DNA of 57,297 nucleotides from a virus (Duplodnaviria; Caudoviricetes): IMG/VR virus record IMGVR_UViG_3300036987_000111, positions 1 to 57,297 of that record; one strand, 5' to 3'. Shown piece by piece: positions 18,435 to 25,129 of this stretch (position 1 is its first letter; each line of letters starts with the position of its first letter). The notes under the pieces were generated by a model. It saw only the letters and a program-made list of their open reading frames with translations, ran no database searches and was not told where the DNA came from. The position numbers and the translations under genes were made by a program.

Positions 18435-19254
18435 TGATAATCCTCCGTAGTTTCTCTAAAAATTCACCAGTTTCAGATTCCCAAACTCTGAACACTGTGT
18501 AGCCTGCTTTAATTGCTTGATTTGTATAATATCGATCAACATTTTGTTGGTACTGATTTCTTTCTGACGGTTCGAAAATTTTAGGATTTCCATGCCAATA
18601 ATCTCCATCGAACTCTATTACAATTCTTTTCTCCGGTATACAAAAGTCGTATCTATGATTGCAACCAGGAATTATGAAACTGATTTCTAGGTTCAAAGAG
18701 CCGATAATCGCTCTTATTTCATGCTCAAAGGCAATTTCTGGTTTAGAACGAAGACAAAAAGCCTCTTCTTTTTCGTGATATCTCATCTTATGAAGCCACA
18801 ACGCGCCAGGACTCTTATGTGTGTATTCGCACTTGTCACAGTAAAATATTTTTTCTCGCTGATGGCATGTCGCATGATGTGATCTTAGTGAAGTATTTTT
18901 TTCGAATACTTTTCCACAACTGTCGCAAACATAGACACCGTATTTAATAACTTTGTCTTTAGTTTTGTGAACATTTATCTTCTCTTGCCACTCTGGAGTT
19001 AGTTTTCTTCCCTTGTATTTAATTGCTAGGTGCATAGACGCACATTTTTTAGAACAAGCAATCTTTTTTCCTATAAGACAATTAGGAAGCCACATTTCTT
19101 TACCACACACTATACAATTACAACAAATTCTTTTACTCTGAAATTCATTACGCTGATCGGTCATGTGACAAGCATTTGAACAATAAACCCTCTGTCTCCT
19201 TGTTAATTCTTTTTGACAAGATTTGCAAGTTCGAATTTCCTTTTTCATTAACAT
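18409..19254 (-). CDS. free-standing Vsr/DUF559-like endonuclease with multiple Zn fingers (EN3)
   Basis: CxxC...YCS..C repeats, C2H2-like fingers, SKPE, YDF..PE..IEFDGDYWH, FRVWESE. Confidence 0.85.
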   Translation of the reverse strand: MLMKKEIRTCKSCQKELTRRQRVYCSNACHMTDQRNEFQSKRICCNCIVCGKEMWLPNCLIGKKIACSKKCASMHLAIKYKGRKLTPEWQEKINVHKTKDKVIKYGVYVCDSCGKVFEKNTSLRSHHATCHQREKIFYCDKCEYTHKSPGALWLHKMRYHEKEEAFCLRSKPEIAFEHEIRAIIGSLNLEISFIIPGCNHRYDFCIPEKRIVIEFDGDYWHGNPKIFEPSERNQYQQNVDRYYTNQAIKAGYTVFRVWESETGEFLEKLRRIINGIEVCQD

Positions 19255-19258
19255 TCCT

Positions 19259-19302
19259 CACTGTTATATATCAAGAGCAAGACTCTTGTTATATAACTAG
19301 TG
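19259..19302 (-). promoter_or_regulatory. RBS-adjacent hairpin containing the late motif, upstream of EN3
   Basis: CACTAGTTATATAACAAGAG-TCTTG-CTCTTGATATATAACAGTG(AGGA), ~18 bp stem. Confidence 0.7.
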
Positions 19303-20295
19303 GATAAGTTGATTTTCAACAGAGGCGATTTCATCATTGGGTTGTAATTTTTCTGCTTCTATCCAACCACGTCTTGTTAATATTTTGTGATCGCTTGTAA
19401 CTTTAATACTTCCACTTTCTGTTTCTATCAAAATCGTTTTCTTTTTTCCCATATATTTAACTTTTTCAATACTGTCTTGTTCGAATATTCGCTTCTGTTC
19501 GTTGAAACTTGGAAGTGTAATTCCTGATATTTCTTCCGGTGTCTTTTTTTCTAATTCATCAATCCGAATATTCCCTTTATCTGTTGTTACTAATGTTTCT
19601 CCGGCTATACAAAGTCCGGAAGTCTCTGATAATATTGACTTAACTGATGTATGCAAATAAGGAATACTATCCGGGTCTTCTTTTGCTTGAACGTACAGTT
19701 TATCGACACTTGCCGCCAAAGGTCCAGGACGATAAATGGCAGAAACCGCAGAAAGTTCTTCAATCGAACGAGGTTTGGCATTAAGAATTAACTGTTGCAT
19801 TCCCCCTTCCGATGCCTGAAAGACTCCAACAAACTTCCCCTTGTGAAAAATATTCTCATAGACTGTTTGATCGTTGAGATTGAGCCTATCAGGATGAAGA
19901 TTTTCTTGATAGTAATCCAGGCTTTCTTCCAATGTTGGTTCTCTTTGTAGTTTCTCGCGAAGAATCCCTTTGATTGTATTGTGAATAATCCCCAAGGCAG
20001 ACAAACCCAAAGCATCAAACTTGACAAACCCAAATTGTTCAAGATGCCGAACATTTTGACCTTCTGCCCAAGGAGTCTGCATCTTTCCTTTTACGGAAAT
20101 CAATGGCATTTTTTGATCCAGGTTCTCGGTTATCAGCACTCCACCAGCATGTGTGGAACAGTTGGATATTATTACATTATTTACTACTAAGTTTGGATGT
20201 TGCGCCAAAAAAAACTCACTTGGTAAATTATGATGAATGTCGAATACTTTCTTTTCTCCGATTTTAGAAATTTTCGCGATTTTTAATGGCTTCAA
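19297..20295 (-). CDS. dnaE: DnaE fragment 3 of 5: IntC2 (45 aa) + extein 3 (183 aa) + IntN3 (104 aa)
   Basis: ...VIISN|CSTHAGG...KFDALGL...GVFQ...YRPGP...ETSGL|CIAGET...TSDH; TTG start after AAGGAG. Confidence 0.92.
   Translation of the reverse strand: MKPLKIAKISKIGEKKVFDIHHNLPSEFFLAQHPNLVVNNVIISNCSTHAGGVLITENLDQKMPLISVKGKMQTPWAEGQNVRHLEQFGFVKFDALGLSALGIIHNTIKGILREKLQREPTLEESLDYYQENLHPDRLNLNDQTVYENIFHKGKFVGVFQASEGGMQQLILNAKPRSIEELSAVSAIYRPGPLAASVDKLYVQAKEDPDSIPYLHTSVKSILSETSGLCIAGETLVTTDKGNIRIDELEKKTPEEISGITLPSFNEQKRIFEQDSIEKVKYMGKKKTILIETESGSIKVTSDHKILTRRGWIEAEKLQPNDEIASVENQLIH
19300..19611 (-). other. split intein 3, N-terminal half
   Basis: CIAGETLV...VTSDHKILT.RGW. Confidence 0.92.
20161..20295 (-). 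other. split intein 2, C-terminal half
   Basis: KKVFDI...NLVVNNVIISN|C; basic N-terminal strand. Confidence 0.85.
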
Positions 20296-20649
20296 GAAGA
20301 ACTCCTTTTATTTCTTCGTCGGACCTATTTTTTAGGTCGGCTTCCCACAAAACAACATAAGAACTTGCAAAATTATTCAAAGCGTGTGATTTTCTTGTCT
20401 CGTCATATGCCCAAATTTCCTTTGCTGTACTTTTCTTTTTGGCATTGAAATAATCTTCTCGATAATATCGAGGGTCAGTGTGCCAATAAGTACCATTATA
20501 TTCTACCACACATTCATATTCAGGCAAGAAGAAATCGTATTTGAACCAGTGAGAATCTTCTCGAAAAGAGGTATTGAATAAATACTTCCAATCAATAGTC
20601 TTTTCTAAAAGTTCATACTATATATATCATGTAAAAGAGAGGTTGTCAA

Positions 20650-21219
20650 GTGCGTTTAAAAACATGGGCAAAAAAGAATTCAATCACCTATCAAAGTGCC
20701 TGGAAACAATTCAAGAAAGGTCAAATTCCCGGAGCATATACCCTGGAAACCGGAACAATTATTGTGCCAGATCCAGAACCTTTGATTGTCAAACCAGAAC
20801 ACAACGTTGTATATGCTCGTGTTAGTTCAAGCGAAAACAAAATCAATCTGGATTCTCAAGCAGAAAGAGTTAGTCAATTCTGCAATGCAAAGGGTTGGAT
20901 CGTCAACGAAGTTGTAAAGGAATGCGCTTCTGGATTGAACGATAAACGTCCCAAACTACAAAAAATTCTTGAAGAAAAGAAAGCAACTCGAATAGTTGTT
21001 GAACACAAGGATCGTCTGACTAGATTTGGATTCGAATATCTGAAATCCCTCTACCCTGGAGAAATCATAATCATCAATGAAGTGGTTGAAGATTCGAAAG
21101 ATTTGATGCAAGACTTCATTTCTCTGGTCACTTCATTTTGTGCCAGAATCTACGGTCAACGCAGATCCTCAAGGAAAACAGAGAAAATAATCAAGGAACT
21201 AACCGAAAACAATGATTAG
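20650..21219 (+). CDS. tnpA: IS607 transposase (MerR-like HTH + serine recombinase)
   Basis: YARVSS, ASGLNDKR, EHKDRLTRFG, SFCARIYG. Confidence 0.95.
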   Translation: MRLKTWAKKNSITYQSAWKQFKKGQIPGAYTLETGTIIVPDPEPLIVKPEHNVVYARVSSSENKINLDSQAERVSQFCNAKGWIVNEVVKECASGLNDKRPKLQKILEEKKATRIVVEHKDRLTRFGFEYLKSLYPGEIIIINEVVEDSKDLMQDFISLVTSFCARIYGQRRSSRKTEKIIKELTENND

Positions 21220-22465
21220 ATCAACCACCGTTTCTACAAAATTCTGCAACGTTGAAAAATTACGGCAGATTAACGAGTGGATTTCGGAATATAACAAGGT
21301 GGTTTCTTTGCTGATTGATGAACTCTGGAATTTTGAAAAGGTTCCAACTTTGATAGATTTGGAATTGTCAAACAAGATCAAACCTCAAACCTTCCTTCCT
21401 GCCAGATTTATTCAAGCAGCAGGTAAGGAAGCCTCTGGAATTGTCAGAGGAACACAAAAGAAGAACCGAGCAAGAATCTGGATGATTGCAAAACTTAAAT
21501 CCGAAGGGAAATTCAAGAAGTCCAGAAAATTAGAGAAGATTGCGCAATCTCTTGATCCAAAAAAATCTTCTCTCAAAAAAGAGATTGCGATGAGATTGGA
21601 TTCCAGGTTTATTAAGATATCTCTGGAGAAGAACAATTCCTTTGATGGTTGGATAACCTTTGCTCCCGGAAACAAGGACAAAATTTACATTCCGTTTAGG
21701 AGAACTCGACACTTTAATCGGTTGATTGAAGAGGGATTTTCTATTAGACCTTCTGTTTCTATTGGAAGAAAATCCATAATGTTTTTCTTTGAGAAAGAGA
21801 CTGTCAATAATTCGAATTTGGGTCTTGTTGCCGGGGTTGATATTGGAATCAAAACCTGTCTATCTGTCTCAACTTCGGATGGAAAGTTTGCGCAAACACC
21901 AGCAGATAATCATGGTTGGACACTGGACAGAATCAATGATAAACTCTCTCGGAAGAGGAAAGGATCAAAGTCTTTCGAAAGAGCGCAAAAGCACAGACAT
22001 AATTTTGTTTGTTGGTCTGTCAATCAACTCGATATGAGCGGATTGAAAGAACTTCGAATTGAAAACATAAGGAACCTCGGAAAATATAAGAGGCTCCCTA
22101 GAAAATTGAAGCATTTCAAATATGCAGAAATTTTTGATCGGCTAGAGCAGAAAGCCGAGTTATTTGGTGTCCAAGTAACAAAGGTCTGCCCGACTTACAC
22201 AAGTCAGCGTTGTTCTGCGTGTTCCTGGACCTGTCGATCTAATCGAAAACTTAAGCAATTCAGATGTACATCTTGCGGCTTTACTCAAGATGCGGATTTA
22301 AATGCTTCTGTTAACATTAGATTAAACCTGAAACCAATTGGTAAGAAGGAGCGGCTGTTGAACAAAAATCGAAAGGGTTTCTTTTGGAATCTGGAAGAGA
22401 AATATTCAGCAGAGCGGGAGTTTATAGTCCCCGTTGTTCATGAAGTTGATTCTGTTGAGTCATAA
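21212..22465 (+). CDS. tnpB: RNA-guided endonuclease TnpB
   Basis: RuvC GVDIG, IENI, DADLNAS.NI; Zn ribbon TSQRCSAC...FRCTSCG; all three catalytic acidic residues present. Confidence 0.95.
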   Translation: MIRSTTVSTKFCNVEKLRQINEWISEYNKVVSLLIDELWNFEKVPTLIDLELSNKIKPQTFLPARFIQAAGKEASGIVRGTQKKNRARIWMIAKLKSEGKFKKSRKLEKIAQSLDPKKSSLKKEIAMRLDSRFIKISLEKNNSFDGWITFAPGNKDKIYIPFRRTRHFNRLIEEGFSIRPSVSIGRKSIMFFFEKETVNNSNLGLVAGVDIGIKTCLSVSTSDGKFAQTPADNHGWTLDRINDKLSRKRKGSKSFERAQKHRHNFVCWSVNQLDMSGLKELRIENIRNLGKYKRLPRKLKHFKYAEIFDRLEQKAELFGVQVTKVCPTYTSQRCSACSWTCRSNRKLKQFRCTSCGFTQDADLNASVNIRLNLKPIGKKERLLNKNRKGFFWNLEEKYSAEREFIVPVVHEVDSVES

Positions 22466-22508
22466 AAGACCATGGAATTAATAACTATTGTTTGATATAC
22501 TGCATATT
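22360..22508 (+). ncRNA. TnpB omegaRNA scaffold (5' end approximate) plus flank-derived guide
   Basis: Stems GCGGG/CCCGT and GTTGATTCTG/TGGAATTAAT covary with the copy at the right edge; loop ATAGT can pair with terminal ACTAT; guide would begin TGTTTGATATACTGC. Confidence 0.65.
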
Positions 22509-23185
22509 TTCAGATTCCAAAATTTCTGCAATCTTCCTTTCCATTTTCGAAATACAAAAATGGAAATTAATCCCCCTTTCGGACTTACGCCAACGGGCTG
22601 CTCCGTCCAGAAGTTTTTGGATATGTTCTTTTCTTTCTTTTTCTGACAGTCGGCGCATCCAAGAAACAAGTCCCTCTCTGAATCTTTTTTTTCAAAGATT
22701 CTCCGGATTTCTTTCTTATTTCGCGAAGTTTTTCTGGTTCTACAGTTAAATGCCAATTTCTGATTCTTTGCCTAGATTCTTCACTCCCGGTATAATACCC
22801 GTTATTTGTTCCGGTTCTGCTCATTGCATATGCCATAATGGATGGGTGTTCTTCTTTTGTCAATCCCTTATTCCATATTCCTCCAGTAGATTTAACCCAT
22901 TCTTTTGTAGCCTCAGAAATTTCTCGGGGGGTAATTCCAACTGACCGCAGTTTTTTGTAGACTTCTTTCTTAGTGGCGCTAAACCAACCATGTTCTTCTT
23001 TTATCTTCTTTATTATCTGGTTTGCTGATAGTCCGGAATTATACATATCTGAGATATCAAAAGAAGGATCGCAATAAAGTCTAAGATAATCAAATATATC
23101 GATATCGTGCTTTACTAACAAATGTGATGCAATTCTTTTAAATTCTCTACCACACAATGTACACTTGGCTAAACATTTCATTATA

Positions 23186-23227
23186 AACCCTCCAGCGATT
23201 ACAAAATAATTAGTACGCTGGAGGATT
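23186..23227 (-). promoter_or_regulatory. SD-sequestering hairpin with the late motif in its loop, upstream of EN2
   Basis: AATCCTCCAGCG-TACTAATTATTTTGTAAT-CGCTGGAGGGTT; 12 bp stem covers GGAGG. Confidence 0.8.
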
Positions 23228-23233
23228 GTTCGT

Positions 23234-24076
23234 TTAAATTGAAAAAAGAATATCGCCCTGACTTAAATTCCCAACCATCTTGTATCCATCTTGAGTTAAC
23301 ACTTCATGATCGCCGGTCAACTCTATCTTTATTCCGTTTTCTAATTCAATTTCAAAAACTTCTTTTCTTCCGTTGAAATAAATTTCGTAGTCCATATTGA
23401 ATCTTAGATTCCCATCCAGATCAACAAAAGCAATCAAGTCGTCAGACTGAATATTGTGAATATCTTTTTCTCCGGTACTTGTCAAAATCTTGCAATCTTC
23501 AGAAAAGCAATTTCTCAATTGTTTCGCGAGGTTACGAATCAAAGGCTCAACTTCTGGATACCTATCAAGAAAATTTCGAAGAGTTGGAGAAAATTCAATC
23601 AATTCTTCAAGGGTTGGTTCATATGCTCCGGTCTGAATATCGTTCTTTGCTTTTGCCAGAGGGGTTGCTTCGAACAGCATCTTCCCTGTGACTTCATTAA
23701 CCTCAGCAAAGGGAATATCAAAGAATTTTGCCAGATCCTTTATGAGACTTCTCGGCTTAAGGGTGTTGAAATTTGAAACAGGAATTACAGAATATTCTCC
23801 CCAAAGTTTCTTAAGATGATCTTTGATTCCGGCAGAATCTTCGAAATCAACATCAATATCAGGAAGAGATGTTGAGTTTTCCGAAAGAAATCGTTCGAAC
23901 TGAAGATTCCATTTGATAGGATCGACTGCTGTAATGTTCAGAAGATAGGAAATTAAGGAACCTGCACCACTGTTATGTACAGCGAGTGATTCTACGTTGT
24001 ATGTATGACTTCCTTCTACGGTTAAATCAAACACTGGACCTTTATATTGTATCGTGCGCTTGCTGACTAATTTCAT
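23234..24076 (-). CDS. dnaE: DnaE fragment 2 of 5: IntC1 (35 aa) + extein 2 (154 aa) + IntN2 (91 aa)
   Basis: MKLVSKR...LAVHN|SGAGSL...FERFL...PDIDVDF...KQLRN|CFSEDC...TGDH; probable ATG at 24076 after AGAGGG. Confidence 0.92.
   Translation of the reverse strand: MKLVSKRTIQYKGPVFDLTVEGSHTYNVESLAVHNSGAGSLISYLLNITAVDPIKWNLQFERFLSENSTSLPDIDVDFEDSAGIKDHLKKLWGEYSVIPVSNFNTLKPRSLIKDLAKFFDIPFAEVNEVTGKMLFEATPLAKAKNDIQTGAYEPTLEELIEFSPTLRNFLDRYPEVEPLIRNLAKQLRNCFSEDCKILTSTGEKDIHNIQSDDLIAFVDLDGNLRFNMDYEIYFNGRKEVFEIELENGIKIELTGDHEVLTQDGYKMVGNLSQGDILFSI
23237..23509 (-). other. split intein 2, N-terminal half
   Basis: CFSEDCKI...LTGDHEVLT; strongly acidic (19 D/E vs 7 K/R). Confidence 0.9.
23972..24076 (-). 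other. split intein 1, C-terminal half
   Basis: YKGPVFDLTVEGSHTYNVESLAVHN|S. Confidence 0.92.
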
Positions 24077-25067
24077 TATGAACCCTCTTTGCTTTCTGCC
24101 AAAGTTCTTTCCCAAGATCGGAATCAAAAACCAAACGACAAGTTAAATCATTATTTTCGCAATAATCTTTTAATGCTTCAAATTTCTTTTCGACCAATTT
24201 CTTATCTCTCTTGTACCAACTTCCACTTCCTTTAACCTCCACTATGCAACTCCAATCATCATAAATCATAAAATCAGGGTAATATCTGCGCTCCTTACCT
24301 TCAAACTCATAAGCAATTCCTCTCCCGTCGTAATTCTTAACCGGTCTTTTTTCTGCAAAACAATTCAATAGAAAGGAGAGTTCTACAAGACTGTAATAAC
24401 GACAACCCTCGTATATACCAGTATATTGTCTATAACCACTCATGATTTTTTTTCTGTATTCTGGATCTTGCCAATTTTGCTTCATTTTGTCAATTTGATT
24501 TTTTCGATAACCTTCATCTTGCCAAAGTTTTTTCCCTATTTCTCGATATTGTTCTAAAACGAGAGTGCCGCCAGCAGCATATCTTTTAAGTTGAGCCTCT
24601 CTTTGTTTTTGCAAAACTTCCGGTCTGTTTTGCGCAATTAATTGTGCCGCACTGTTGTTCTTTTTAAACCGTTCTGTGGCGCGTGAATGAATAGAATAAC
24701 ATCCATCACACCAATTTCGTTCTTTAGTACCAATACACAACGGCAGTCTTTCTTCGCGATTTTCGAAATTTGAAATCTTCAGAATATTCTTAGCATTGCA
24801 ATTCTCGCATTCAAACGAGAGATATTTCTTGTGACTCTTAAAATGAATATCTGTACGTTGCCAATATTCATCCCAAGAATAACCATTTAACAAAGTCATT
24901 CCTGCTGTTTTTGCCCGGCGCATAATAGCCAGTTCGGACAGCCCAAATTTTTCTTCAAGAATTTTTGTAATCTTGCGAGTCAAGATGGTTTCTTTGTTTT
25001 CTTCAAGCACTTTCTGTACAATCTCCAATTGTTCTTGGGAAAGTTTCTTTTTTTGATAGGGTACCAT
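24042..25067 (-). CDS. free-standing TnsA-N-like PD-(D/E)XK endonuclease (EN1)
   Basis: YYSLVELSF ... RRYYPDF ... IVEVKG; CENC/WCDGC Zn ligands; W.D.EYR helical repeats. Confidence 0.75.
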   Translation of the reverse strand: MVPYQKKKLSQEQLEIVQKVLEENKETILTRKITKILEEKFGLSELAIMRRAKTAGMTLLNGYSWDEYWQRTDIHFKSHKKYLSFECENCNAKNILKISNFENREERLPLCIGTKERNWCDGCYSIHSRATERFKKNNSAAQLIAQNRPEVLQKQREAQLKRYAAGGTLVLEQYREIGKKLWQDEGYRKNQIDKMKQNWQDPEYRKKIMSGYRQYTGIYEGCRYYSLVELSFLLNCFAEKRPVKNYDGRGIAYEFEGKERRYYPDFMIYDDWSCIVEVKGSGSWYKRDKKLVEKKFEALKDYCENNDLTCRLVFDSDLGKELWQKAKRVHNEISQQAHDTI

Positions 25068-25070
25068 AAA

Positions 25071-25118
25071 TTCTTCCTCCGGTTATACAGTATATAGTTC
25101 TTGGTACCGGAAGAGGAA
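25071..25118 (-). promoter_or_regulatory. SD-sequestering hairpin with a late-like motif in its loop, upstream of EN1
   Basis: TTCCTCTTCCGGT...AACTATATAC...ACCGGAGGAAGAA; stem covers GGAGG. Confidence 0.75.
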
Positions 25119-25129
25119 CTACTTTTACG

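Larger units (their letters stand above)
20580..22488 (+). mobile_element. IS607-family insertion sequence (tnpA + tnpB)
   Basis: Serine-recombinase tnpA overlapping tnpB; AT dinucleotide at both junctions; excision restores the EN2 frame; ends match the homologous ends at the two window edges. Confidence 0.9.
20264..23181 (-). pseudogene. Vsr/DUF559-like endonuclease (EN2), disrupted by IS607 and a frameshift
   Basis: 5' part 22489-23181 (CTLC, WNKGLTKE) with an apparent extra A in the A8 run at 22685-22692; 3' part 20264-20579 (YDFFLPE..VEYNGTYWH, VLWEAD). Removing the IS and one A restores a 335 aa ORF. Confidence 0.85.

Noticed and set aside
20580-22488. IStron (group I intron-IS607 fusion) or a Cas12/CRISPR system
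   Set aside because: Only ~70 nt precede tnpA, the element is antisense to the host gene, and no repeat-spacer array was seen anywhere in the window.
22478-22756. ORF 22478-22756 as the product of a dnaX-like -1 frameshift at A AAA AAG
   Set aside because: The slippery heptamer is present, but the -1 frame has no nuclease motifs; the frame that joins the Vsr-like domain is +1.
16678-25129. Group I introns carrying the endonucleases and rejoining the intein halves at RNA level
   Set aside because: Non-coding spacers are only 42-68 nt and the 3' sides overlap coding sequence, leaving no room for a ribozyme core. Each downstream fragment has its own SD and start. Not tested by RT-PCR.
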